Assembly (NCBI GenBank): GCA_964350735.1
Contig: CAYGKO010000001.1
Span: 115,339-179,338 of the forward strand
Direction of reading: 5' to 3'
DNA from: an uncultured Candidatus Saccharibacteria bacterium
GTDB taxonomy: Bacteria; Patescibacteriota; Minisyncoccia; Phycocordibacterales; UBA918
Length of the DNA: 64,000 nucleotides
Part shown: in pieces, positions 40,293-49,779 of the stretch
How positions within the stretch are numbered: position 1 is the stretch's first letter
Layout of the letters: the number at the start of each line of letters is the position of its first letter
Position numbers and translations under genes: made by a program
Notes under the pieces: generated by a model
Database searches by the model: none
What the model was told of the DNA's origin: nothing
What the model saw: the letters and a program-made list of their open reading frames with translations, nothing else

Positions 40293-41120
40293 TTAACTCT
40301 TTAGTTTGGGGAGTGGAGCCAAGGATTCAATGAGAGGAATCCAGGTTTCCAAGGGGATATCTTCAGCCCGAATGGTGTGATTGATCGCGTGGCTAGTGAA
40401 GATCTCTTCCAAGCTTTTTCGTTCAAATGTTCCCGCTAAATTACCTAAAAGTTGCTTACGTTTTTTACCAAATCCAAGGTGTAGTAGTTCAAAAATGATG
40501 GCGGGCTCTACCTTTTGGCAGTTTTTACGAGAGATGTTTCGCACTGCAATAATGGCTGAATCCACCTTCGGTGGGGGTGTGAAATGGCCTCTCCGAACTG
40601 TCCGAACGTACTCAGGCTGACCGAATAGTTTAATTGATAGTGATAACAACGACTCCTTCTCTCCCCTCGAGAGTTCAGAGGTTGCCCGCCTCGCCACCTC
40701 TTTTTGGACCAGAAACACTAGCTGGTTCGGCTGATGTGGGGTATCAAGGAAAGTGCGAAACAACATACCGGAGAGATAGTATGGGATGTTGGCCACGACT
40801 TTATAAGGGTGCGAAACGATCGGCAGGGTTGCCAGGTCTAAAGTGCGTACATCAGAGTGAACAACCTCTAATTGCCCGTTTGTAATTTCAGTGTGAAACG
40901 TTTCGTTTAAGACATCAATAGCTCTTTGGTCTGCTTCCAGAGCCACTACAGACACCTCTCTTTTGAGTAGTTCGCGTGTTAGTGCACCAGTACCAGGTCC
41001 AATTTCGAGTATTGATTCTCCTGGTTCTAAATTCGCTGCGTCACATAACCAACGTGGAACGACCTCACTATTGAGGAAGTGTTGACCAAGTGATTTTTTG
41101 TGGGCGAATGATTCTGACAT
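40293..41120 (-). CDS. rsmA: 16S rRNA dimethyltransferase RsmA/KsgA
   Basis: KKSLGQHFL, LEIGPGTG, ANIPY, QKEVA, PPPKVDSA. Confidence 0.96.
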   Translation of the reverse strand: MSESFAHKKSLGQHFLNSEVVPRWLCDAANLEPGESILEIGPGTGALTRELLKREVSVVALEADQRAIDVLNETFHTEITNGQLEVVHSDVRTLDLATLPIVSHPYKVVANIPYYLSGMLFRTFLDTPHQPNQLVFLVQKEVARRATSELSRGEKESLLSLSIKLFGQPEYVRTVRRGHFTPPPKVDSAIIAVRNISRKNCQKVEPAIIFELLHLGFGKKRKQLLGNLAGTFERKSLEEIFTSHAINHTIRAEDIPLETWIPLIESLAPLPKLKS

Positions 41121-41164
41121 GTTGCTAGCCTACGTGAAGCCCTCAGAAATGCAACAGTTTCTGC

Positions 41165-43129
41165 TTAGTCTAAAAAAACAGTGGTTTCGTAACCAGAGTC
41201 AGAATTTCCACCACCTCGGTGTGCGCCTGAACTTTCTATATGTTTCGTACTAATATCATTTAAAAATGATGAGGGGACATTCACCCGTTGGCTGCCAAAG
41301 ATGGTGCGCATATGGGCATAGGAAAGAAATACTTTTTTAGCCGCTCGTGTCAGTGCTACGTAAAACAGTCGCCGTTCTTCTTCATGATCAATTCCAGAGT
41401 CATCAAGACGTTCGTGCGGGAAGAGTCCTTCTTCCATGCCACTCACAAACACATACGGGAACTCGAGGCCTTTGGCAGCGTGTACGGTCATGAGGCGAAC
41501 TGCATCTTGGTCTTCTTTGGTCTTGAGTTCATCTTGATCACTTTGTAGGGCGGCATTTTCGAGCAGTGCTTCAACTCCCTCTTCGGGATCCATTTCATCA
41601 TAGCGTACAGCAAGACTCACGAGTTCTTGCAAGTTCTCAAGACGTGTCAGAGCATCTTCAGTGCCGTCTTTTTTAAACTCAGTTTCAAGACCACTTCGTT
41701 TAATAATGAAACGTAGGGTTTTTGAAATAGGTTCAGTGCGAGCTTGGTCTGCGATGTCTATCATCATCTGATCAAACCGAGTGACCTTCTCAAGAGTGGC
41801 GCCTTTAATTTCTTCTCGCCTTCCCTCAATCATTTTAAGCATGGTTACTTTTCCAATCCCACGTGTTGGAACATTTACAATGCGCGACAGGTCAGCAGTG
41901 CTGGTGGGGTTAAGGGCAAGGCGTAGGAATGACAGCACATCTTTTACTTCTTTTCGTTCAAAGAATTTAGTTCCCAAGAGTTGGTATGGAATGCCAAAAT
42001 TTAAGTAAGCCTCTTCGAGCACTCTGGATTGGAAGTTAGTTCGATACAGTACAGCGATGTCTGAAGCGCTGACACCGTCGTTAATCAGACTCTTAGCTTT
42101 CATGGCGATATACTCAGCTTCTTCAAAACCGTTCATAGCAGCATAGAGATCAATCTTCTCTCCTTCTTGGTTGTTAGTGAATACACTTTTATCAACTCGA
42201 TTGCTGTTCTTGGCGATAATCTCATTGGAGGCTGCGATAATAGTCTTCGTTGAACGATAGTTTTCTTCTAAGAGAATTGTCTTGGCACCAGGGAAATGAC
42301 GTTCAAATAGCAAAACATTTTTGATATCGGCTCCACGCCAACTGTAAATATTTTGATCGATGTCCCCCACTACACAAATGTTATGTTTTTCTCCGGCTAA
42401 GATACGAGCAATTTCGTACTGTACTTTGTTAGTATCTTGGTATTCATCAACGTGAAGATATTGATAGCGTGCTTGCATTACTTCACGCACAACCGGATTG
42501 TTTTCGAGTAGTCGCAATGTTTTAACTAGTAGGTCATCAAAATCAAGTGCGTGTTCGGCGCGCATCGTGGCTTCATAATATTCCCACACCTCAGCCGCCA
42601 CTCGCTCGGGGTAGCTTGAGGCTTCATTTAAAAAATCGGCTCGGCTCTGGGCGTCACCTTTAGCCCGTGAGATCATTGAAAGAATTTTCCGTGGTTCAAA
42701 TTGCTTTGGACTATAGCCGGCCTTTTCAATACCGGCCTTGATAGCCCGGACACTATCACTCCGATCATAGATAACAAAGTGCCGGCGAAGATCAAGCAGT
42801 TCATGATGCTCTCGCAGTATACGCACACCAAACGCATGAAAGGTGGTGACCATCGGCAAAGAATCAAAAGCCGACCGTTCACTTCCAGGGAATTGCTTGA
42901 TTAGCTTCTCTACTCGTTCGCGCATTTCTTTGGCGGCTTTGTTGGTGAAGGTAACCGCGAGGATGTTGTGGGGAGCTACTCCTTGGTGGATGAGGTGCAC
43001 GATGCGGTGGGTGATCACTCGGGTCTTTCCCGACCCGGCTCCAGCAAGGACTAAGAGCGGCCCACTAGTAGTTTGCACCGCTGCTTGTTGTTTTTCGTTC
43101 AGTCCTTCGAGGTATGGAAGTGCGTTCAT
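41165..43129 (-). CDS. pcrA: UvrD/PcrA DNA helicase
   Basis: AGAGSGKT, TFTNKAA, DEYQD, NYRS, HAAKGLE, YVALTRA. Confidence 0.93.
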   Translation of the reverse strand: MNALPYLEGLNEKQQAAVQTTSGPLLVLAGAGSGKTRVITHRIVHLIHQGVAPHNILAVTFTNKAAKEMRERVEKLIKQFPGSERSAFDSLPMVTTFHAFGVRILREHHELLDLRRHFVIYDRSDSVRAIKAGIEKAGYSPKQFEPRKILSMISRAKGDAQSRADFLNEASSYPERVAAEVWEYYEATMRAEHALDFDDLLVKTLRLLENNPVVREVMQARYQYLHVDEYQDTNKVQYEIARILAGEKHNICVVGDIDQNIYSWRGADIKNVLLFERHFPGAKTILLEENYRSTKTIIAASNEIIAKNSNRVDKSVFTNNQEGEKIDLYAAMNGFEEAEYIAMKAKSLINDGVSASDIAVLYRTNFQSRVLEEAYLNFGIPYQLLGTKFFERKEVKDVLSFLRLALNPTSTADLSRIVNVPTRGIGKVTMLKMIEGRREEIKGATLEKVTRFDQMMIDIADQARTEPISKTLRFIIKRSGLETEFKKDGTEDALTRLENLQELVSLAVRYDEMDPEEGVEALLENAALQSDQDELKTKEDQDAVRLMTVHAAKGLEFPYVFVSGMEEGLFPHERLDDSGIDHEEERRLFYVALTRAAKKVFLSYAHMRTIFGSQRVNVPSSFLNDISTKHIESSGAHRGGGNSDSGYETTVFLD

Positions 43130-43188
43130 TGGCCGACACTATACACTATATAGAAGGTATAGAAAAATCCGGCACTCGACCTAGTGTG

Positions 43189-43364
43189 TTGACGAAAAAA
43201 AGTAATCCAGGTACTATCAAATATGAAATTATGAATACATTTTATTATCACATGCCAAAGCGTTGGAAAAGCCCCGAGAAGGTGTGTGTTAATAATCGTG
43301 TGTAATTTATAAAAACTCGAAATAAAACCGCCCTTCTCATTCGTGAGAAGGGCGGTTTTATTTT
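43189..43364 (+). promoter_or_regulatory. Promoter plus uORF attenuator A (uORF 43231-43305)
   Basis: TTGACG-N17-TACTAT; uORF MNTFYYHMPKRWKSPEKVCVNNRV; terminator 43320-43364; GAGAAGG antiterminator inside the uORF. Confidence 0.7.
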
Positions 43365-43457
43365 GAAAACTCGTTGTCGATACGCTGGTGGGGTCTAGAA
43401 ACCGCCAGCGTGGCGCCAACGGGGCGTCACGTACATTTACAACGAGGAGGCAGTCAC

Positions 43458-44486
43458 ATGCCACTACAAATAGAAAACAACTACGACCAGGTTTCGTTAA
43501 ATGATCTGGTGCGCTTGCGGGAGCAGGGTTATTCGGTGTTGAAATCACCACACGTTGGTAATCAACATCGGAGTAACTTAGCGTGCGCTAAGCTCGGTAT
43601 CCCGCTCGAGATGGTTTCCTTCACTCAAGGCGAACGGGATACCAACTTTCATCCTCAGGTACGGATTGAAGATGGGGTGCAAACTTCTCTCTACGACGCT
43701 CGGGTCTGGACGCAGTTTGCATCAGTGCCCGATGGCCGGAGTGCGACTGAATATCACCAGTCAGCTGTGCAAGAGGTGTTCCCTCAGACAGAAATCCTGA
43801 CCGACGTGGAGCGGATGCGGCAATATCCAGCGCTCGCTGCCACGGTACTGCGGGCGACAAACATAAAGCGGTCGCAGTCAGTTTGGTATCGTCGAGTATC
43901 TGAAGCTGGTCACGTGACCAATCGGAGTACCGGGTTGCTGACTGACACTCAACTTGAAACTGAAGTGTTTCAATTCAGCAATGATCACTCGGGTTGGGTG
44001 ATTCCCAACAAGGTCCACATCATTTTTGATTTGGCATACCAAGCGCTGGCTTCTGGTCGATCAACGGTATATCACCTGTCAGGTCCTCAGATGGTGCACT
44101 ACGTTGACAGTATTGCGAGTGAGTTGGAACTACTTTACGACGCAGTTCGTTTGGTAATGCCTGACTTACCACTGGTTCTTAAGGTGCGTATTGTACCGGT
44201 AGCAGCTGCTCAGTTTGTGACAACGTCCAATCGAAAAATTGGACTTGATGCGTTTGCAGAAGTGCGGACAGACCTGCAGTACGCTGCAGTGGCGGCTGAG
44301 TTTGTAACTCTCTACCCAGAGTTCACTACGCCGATCGAAAGTGGTACAACCTTGTCGCAGTATGATCTGACTACCGCTGATGACTTACTCCTCGATCCTT
44401 GGATGCTTGAAGCTTCTCTTGCTGAAGTCACTCGTATCTACAATCTGCTTATCCAAACAAATCAATCACGGATAGCAGCTGAATAA
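43458..44486 (+). CDS. Hypothetical enzyme, possibly HUP/class I synthetase-like fold
   Basis: GAGGAGG SD before MPLQIE; SPHVGN and YHLSGPQMVHY motifs. Confidence 0.7.
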   Translation: MPLQIENNYDQVSLNDLVRLREQGYSVLKSPHVGNQHRSNLACAKLGIPLEMVSFTQGERDTNFHPQVRIEDGVQTSLYDARVWTQFASVPDGRSATEYHQSAVQEVFPQTEILTDVERMRQYPALAATVLRATNIKRSQSVWYRRVSEAGHVTNRSTGLLTDTQLETEVFQFSNDHSGWVIPNKVHIIFDLAYQALASGRSTVYHLSGPQMVHYVDSIASELELLYDAVRLVMPDLPLVLKVRIVPVAAAQFVTTSNRKIGLDAFAEVRTDLQYAAVAAEFVTLYPEFTTPIESGTTLSQYDLTTADDLLLDPWMLEASLAEVTRIYNLLIQTNQSRIAAE

Positions 44487-44547
44487 TTTGATGGGCGACA
44501 TAGTCGCCCATCTATCCATATTAAAATTAATCATACTACTTTTACAC

Positions 44548-45486
44548 ATGAAAAAAATATACGACCTACATCAAGACCTCATGACACATATCAGGTTTCG
44601 TGACGTGCTAGGGCAGTCACACCAAACCTCCTTTGAGGATATTCTCAGTAGTGAGGTTGATTTAGTAATTGCTACTGCCTTCCCTTTTCCACCGCATGAT
44701 GATCAGTACCATACTGCTGTACCAGAATTAATTACCGAAGAATTGGGCTTATACCATGAGTACATTACACAGCATCCAGACTGGAAACTAGTGCAGTCTG
44801 CTAAAGATTTGGCTTGTGATGCCCAAAAAATAATTCTGCACCTGGAAGGACTTAATGTGTTTGATGGTTCTGATCAAGCTTGGGATCAACTTGATGTGTG
44901 GGTCAAAATGGGAGTGCGTTCGATCGGTACTCACTGGAATGTTGCTAACCAACTGGGTGGTGGTACGTTGCAGCCAGATGTCTCGCTGACAGATTTAGGC
45001 AGAGAGCTGATCACGTACCTTGAAAAGCAGCAGCTTATTTTTGACTTAGCCCACATGGGTCGAAAAAGTTTTGCCGACGCAGCAGCAATTTCAAAGCGAC
45101 CTTTATATGTGAGTCATGGTAATACTGATGCGGTGTGTAGTAATGTGCGTAATTACACTGACGAACAACTTTACCAGATTGCTGCATCAGACGGGGTGAT
45201 TGGGGTATTTTTTGCCAACACATTTGTGGTTGGAAAAGGTGCTGTCAGTAATGTTGAACACGTTGTTGCACATATTGAATATACCAAGCATTTGATTGGT
45301 GTTCGCCATATTGCAATCGGCAGTGATCTGGGAGGAGTCATTACTGGAGGTGTGTTGGGACTGGAGGAGGTGACTAACATTAAAAATCTGATCGCCGCTC
45401 TCGCAGAGCATGGATATACTGAAACTGAAATTGAAGCCATTGCTTGGAAGAATGCTGATCGGGTTTTACGAGCACATCTACAATAA
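44548..45486 (+). CDS. Peptidase M19 (renal/membrane dipeptidase family)
   Basis: DLHQD, LEG, DLAH, SHGN, RN.TDEQ, IGSD. Confidence 0.9.
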   Translation: MKKIYDLHQDLMTHIRFRDVLGQSHQTSFEDILSSEVDLVIATAFPFPPHDDQYHTAVPELITEELGLYHEYITQHPDWKLVQSAKDLACDAQKIILHLEGLNVFDGSDQAWDQLDVWVKMGVRSIGTHWNVANQLGGGTLQPDVSLTDLGRELITYLEKQQLIFDLAHMGRKSFADAAAISKRPLYVSHGNTDAVCSNVRNYTDEQLYQIAASDGVIGVFFANTFVVGKGAVSNVEHVVAHIEYTKHLIGVRHIAIGSDLGGVITGGVLGLEEVTNIKNLIAALAEHGYTETEIEAIAWKNADRVLRAHLQ

Positions 45487-45529
45487 TAAAAAACGCACGC
45501 GACTGTTGTCGCGTGCGTGAGTTGCAGAA

Positions 45530-47305
45530 CTACAATTGAAACCCTTGAGCGTCAGCCATCTCTCTAAAGAGTGCTTCAGACTCGTAAGCTTTATGTAGTG
45601 AGGTGTATACCGTGACTTGTTCAGCGTCAGCTCCACATGCGCCGATGGGACGAACAAAAATGATTTTGTCGCACCCACGCAAAGTAGAAAGACGATGTGC
45701 AATCATCATCACGATCACGTCTTTTGGCAGTGAGCCATAGATATGACTCATCACAGTCACTTCTGAAATCGAGTCAAGGGCAGACGTCATTTCGTCCCCA
45801 ATGATCAACTTCGGTCGTTTGGCGAGTGCGATCGCAATCGCCAAACGTTGTCGCTGTCCACCGGATAACTTCAAACCCTGGTACCCGACGTTAGTGTTGA
45901 GTCCGTTAGTAAGAACAGAGAAATCAAGACCAGCTCGATTGAGTACGTCCCAGATCTCTTCATCACTCACTACAAGCCCGCTGCCGATACCCGAGAGTAC
46001 GTTGTCTCTGATTGTACCTTCGAAGATCTCGATATCTTGTGGGATGTATCCCACATGAGCTAAGTAGTCTTCGAGCCTGATGTCCGAGAAGGACTGATTG
46101 TTGACAGTCACTTCACCTGATACACCGGCATATGCTCGAAGGAACAACTCAATGAGTTTGGTTTTACCGGCTCCACTGGGGCCAATAATACCAACTCGTT
46201 CACCGGGATTGAGCGTCAGAGACACGTTACGCAAGATGGGTGTTTGCACACCTTCTTTTTTAAGTGACAGTGACACAGCACGGAGATCGATCGTAAGCTT
46301 CTCAGCTTCGAAAGGTTCTCCTTCGGTGGCCAGAAAGGGTGCTGGTTCTTGTAGCGGTACACGATAGCCTTGTACTCGAGGCCGATCACGAGCGATCATC
46401 CGTTCGGCATCCGCAATGTCGCGAAGTCGAATAGTGATTTCTCGTAGCACCAAGAGTAGCCACACCATCTTGTCAGTTCCGAGAGTATCCTCGTTGTTTG
46501 AACTGCCCAGCCAAAGACTGATACCGACGATAAGCGCAGTAGCACTTAGGCGACGCAGCGTGATGCTTTTGGCAAAGCGCACTCGATACACGTAGTCATC
46601 GAGTGCAAGTGCTGGTTGCACGCGCTCGTGCAGTTCACGCAAAATACGTGACACGGTGCCATAGGCTTTCATGACGACTGCCGCATCCGCCCGTTCACGC
46701 ATCCAGCGTATCCAACGACGGAATTCTGTATCGATGGGTAGACAGGCTTCGGTCATGTAGGCGTTGAAGCGACTGTTCCAGATTAGTTGGATCAGAATGA
46801 AGCCGCAGGCGGCCATACCGATCCAGGAATCAATCGCAAAACACACGACGACCCCAAAACTGATGCTGCAGTAGTTTGGAACGATATTGAACAAGTACTG
46901 ATCGTGCATGTTCATCACCTTGTCCCGTAGGCTTTCGACGCCACCACCATCGATCTGGTGTTCGTTGTCGATAAGCCAACCGATGGGCTTTTCGAGGTAC
47001 TGGTCGAGAATGTTATACGGAATACTCCAGAAGCATTGCTGGAAGAACCGTTCACGAACTCGGAACAGTCCCCAGTGTGCGGCATGAGTAGCGATGTCAA
47101 CCACGATGAAGTAGGTAACACCAAACAGCACCAGGTCAAAATCATTGCTGCCGAGTCCGGCAGCAATCTGACCGAGTCCATACGGCACACAGATCGCAAT
47201 TGCTTCGACGAGCATGACGAGCAGTAATACGTAGATACCAAGCTGCTTCCCTCTTGGGGTAAGCAGATTCCACGTGTAATGGAGATTATCGTCGAGAAGT
47301 TTCAT
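45530..47305 (-). CDS. ABC exporter, fused TMD-NBD
   Basis: GPSGAGKT, LSGGQRQR, DEMTSALD, AHRLST. Confidence 0.92.
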   Translation of the reverse strand: MKLLDDNLHYTWNLLTPRGKQLGIYVLLLVMLVEAIAICVPYGLGQIAAGLGSNDFDLVLFGVTYFIVVDIATHAAHWGLFRVRERFFQQCFWSIPYNILDQYLEKPIGWLIDNEHQIDGGGVESLRDKVMNMHDQYLFNIVPNYCSISFGVVVCFAIDSWIGMAACGFILIQLIWNSRFNAYMTEACLPIDTEFRRWIRWMRERADAAVVMKAYGTVSRILRELHERVQPALALDDYVYRVRFAKSITLRRLSATALIVGISLWLGSSNNEDTLGTDKMVWLLLVLREITIRLRDIADAERMIARDRPRVQGYRVPLQEPAPFLATEGEPFEAEKLTIDLRAVSLSLKKEGVQTPILRNVSLTLNPGERVGIIGPSGAGKTKLIELFLRAYAGVSGEVTVNNQSFSDIRLEDYLAHVGYIPQDIEIFEGTIRDNVLSGIGSGLVVSDEEIWDVLNRAGLDFSVLTNGLNTNVGYQGLKLSGGQRQRLAIAIALAKRPKLIIGDEMTSALDSISEVTVMSHIYGSLPKDVIVMMIAHRLSTLRGCDKIIFVRPIGACGADAEQVTVYTSLHKAYESEALFREMADAQGFQL

Positions 47306-47356
47306 AAGTCCCTCGTAGGTTGTGAAAGAGCGTGGTCAGGATCGACCAAAAGAACG

Positions 47357-47605
47357 AAAAGCGCCTTAACCCGCAGGCAAGACGCTGTAATCACACAAGA
47401 AAATAAGGAGAAAACTTACATAGTCTGAGCATATTGCCTACACATTTTTGAAATTTGGTTAGATACCACACGAAGCCCCACGGTAAATGGGTTCGTTGTC
47501 ACATGGGCACGAGTGTATGTGATAGCTCGTCCACGCATGAGATATGTGGTTGTGTATGCAATAGTACGCATCTAAAAATAATAACATTAAAAACTTATAT
47601 GTCAA
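47357..47605 (-). promoter_or_regulatory. Promoter plus uORF attenuator B (leaderless 51-aa uORF 47571-47416)
   Basis: TTGACA-N16-TATTAT 6 nt before ATG; terminator 47386-47357; AGGCAATATGCT in the uORF complements the terminator 5' arm. Confidence 0.65.
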
Positions 47606-47970
47606 TACATAAAAAACGCCCTATGTTAGCCCCAGCACAGACTAATTGGGCTTTACGGAGAGAAGTGCATTACGTCAATTGCGCCCTCGGTTTGCTTTAG
47701 TAGAATTACCGGCATACTAGAAATAGTGACTGAGAGCGAATGCGCTCTTTTTGTTTGAAAGCAAATTTCCGTAACTGATTGAACCGGCGGTGAGACCTAA
47801 CTACCTGACGTATAAAACCGAAACCACAAGACTCTGAAGACAGCTCTGATAGTTTTATATCAAGCACTCAGACGACACAGAAGCACACATCATGGGTAAC
47901 TTCTCGAGTTGCTTTTGAAGTACTGCCGCTACTTATTATTGTAGCGGTCCCCTTCTCGGTACACGCTGGA

Positions 47971-48903
47971 ATGCTTACATCACTCTTAGGCATGATGAGT
48001 CAGACTGAAACTGATACCGAAGTCGTAAGTGAGGCAGCCAACGATGTGCGACTCCTGCGCGCTGACAACACCATTGATCCATTGGCCGCCCGTGGAGGGG
48101 GCGATCTTATAGTAGAAGAAGGAGCGCTCGTCTCGGGTGGATTATTTGGTGAAGATATTATTGATAGCGCCGCGTACGAATCAGGTGAAATTAGCGTGTA
48201 TGTCGTCCGTGAAGGTGATACGCTCTCACAGATCGCTGAGATGTTTGAGGTGACAAGCAATACCATTTTGTGGGCTAATGACCTATCGAGTGCTGTGGCC
48301 ATTCAGCCAGGTGACTCACTAGTGATCCTGCCGATTGTTGGAGTTCGACACGTCGTGAAAGACGGTGACACTATCTCAACTATTGCCAAAAAGTACGATG
48401 GCGACACCGATGAGATTCTTTCATACAACCAACTCGCTTCAGCTGATGAGTTAGCAGCTGGCGACACGTTGGTAATTCCAGGTGGAAACATGGATCGACC
48501 GACTAAGGCTCGCACCGGCAAAGTGGCGTCGCCAACCAAAGTGACCGGAGCGGCTGCCTCAACCGCCTTTACGCACCCATCTCCTGGTGCACTACGTACC
48601 CAAGGTATTCACGGCTACAATGCGGTTGACCTAGCAGCTGGATACGGCACCCCAATCCGCGCTGCTGCTACCGGGGAAGTAATCATCTCTAAAGGTTCTG
48701 GCTGGAATGGAGGCTATGGAAACTACATCGTGGTGCGACATAGTAATGGTACGCAGACACTGTACGCACACTTGAGTAGTAACGCAGTTGGAGTCGGTGC
48801 ATTTGTAGGCGCCGGAGAAGTGATCGGGTACATGGGTAGTACGGGACGGTCTACTGGGTCGCATCTCCACTTTGAAGTCCGCGGCGCTCGCAATCCTTTC
48901 TAA
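47971..48903 (+). CDS. LysM x2 / M23 peptidoglycan endopeptidase (true start probably upstream)
   Basis: YVVREGDTLSQIA, HVVKDGDTI, HGYNAVD, TLYAHL, HLHFEVR. Confidence 0.92.
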   Translation: MLTSLLGMMSQTETDTEVVSEAANDVRLLRADNTIDPLAARGGGDLIVEEGALVSGGLFGEDIIDSAAYESGEISVYVVREGDTLSQIAEMFEVTSNTILWANDLSSAVAIQPGDSLVILPIVGVRHVVKDGDTISTIAKKYDGDTDEILSYNQLASADELAAGDTLVIPGGNMDRPTKARTGKVASPTKVTGAAASTAFTHPSPGALRTQGIHGYNAVDLAAGYGTPIRAAATGEVIISKGSGWNGGYGNYIVVRHSNGTQTLYAHLSSNAVGVGAFVGAGEVIGYMGSTGRSTGSHLHFEVRGARNPF

Positions 48904-49089
48904 GCGATCTACTTCGTTACATTCGTGAAAAAATTATTCACCTTACGACCAGTAAGGCTCATAATTTTTTCACTCTGTGCCTCGTATCTCATCTTAGAAA
49001 TGATTGCGAGCTATCAGGGTAAGAAATATAAATATTTAAAAACAAAAACCACCGACTAGTCGGTGGTTTTTGTTTGGTATCTAGATTTA

Positions 49090-49367
49090 TTAATTTTTTC
49101 TAGCAATTAAATAAATTAGATCTGTAAGTTTTCTGTCGCCAGTATAGGCGTCGATGTGCATTGGATCGGATTGTCGTAGAGAAAGAATTTCAAAATCTCG
49201 TAGCTCTTCGCCGAGTTCGTCTGTAGTTGTTGTACTTCTTTGCGGTTGACCCTCTACAGTCTCATCTGCTTCTCCGAAAAAAGTTGCTAGGAATATTCCT
49301 CCTGGTTTTAATCCAGAGTAAATGCGTCCCAGGCTGCCGCCTTATTTTCTTCTGGTGATTCATTCAT
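49090..49367 (-). pseudogene. Truncated, frameshifted class I SAM methyltransferase remnant
   Basis: MNESPEENKAAAWDA, then a frame change to YSGLKPGGIFLATFFG...IYLIARKN. Confidence 0.6.
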
Positions 49368-49377
49368 ATTAATGTAT

Positions 49378-49743
49378 TCAATTTCGGCACACGGCTTCGA
49401 TATTATTTCCAGCAGGATCCAGTACAAATGCAGCGTAATAAGTTGGGCTGTAATCGGCACGGACGCCAGGGGTGCCGTGGTCAGTACCACCATTCGTCAG
49501 AGCAGCTGCATAGAATGCGTCGACCACTTCTCTACTTTCTACATCAAAACAGAGATGCAGATTACTTAGTCCGTTTGCCCGATTGTGAATATAGAGTCGG
49601 GTGCTACCGTTCTCTCCATAGCGCACATTGTTTTCTTCACCTCGACTGATTACTTCTAAATTAAGTAATGGAGTAATTGCATCATAAAACTCTTTACTGG
49701 TTGGTACGTCTTGTACCGGAATTCCAATGTGTCCTAGTTTCAT
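49378..49743 (-). CDS. VOC/glyoxalase family protein
   Basis: HIGIPV, HLCF, YYAAFVLDPAGNNIE. Confidence 0.9.
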   Translation of the reverse strand: MKLGHIGIPVQDVPTSKEFYDAITPLLNLEVISRGEENNVRYGENGSTRLYIHNRANGLSNLHLCFDVESREVVDAFYAAALTNGGTDHGTPGVRADYSPTYYAAFVLDPAGNNIEAVCRN

Positions 49744-49779
49744 GATCTCAGCATACCGTATCTAGATAAATTTTCTAGA

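Noticed and set aside
43126-43551. 141-aa minus-strand ORF
   Set aside because: Antisense to the promoter, attenuator A and the start of a real gene
47720-47810. Cyclic dinucleotide riboswitch before the M23 gene
   Set aside because: No c-di-AMP or c-di-GMP consensus recognisable; only a short hairpin
48925-48975. Long imperfect hairpin after the M23 gene
   Set aside because: Single copy; explicable as a 3' stem or terminator
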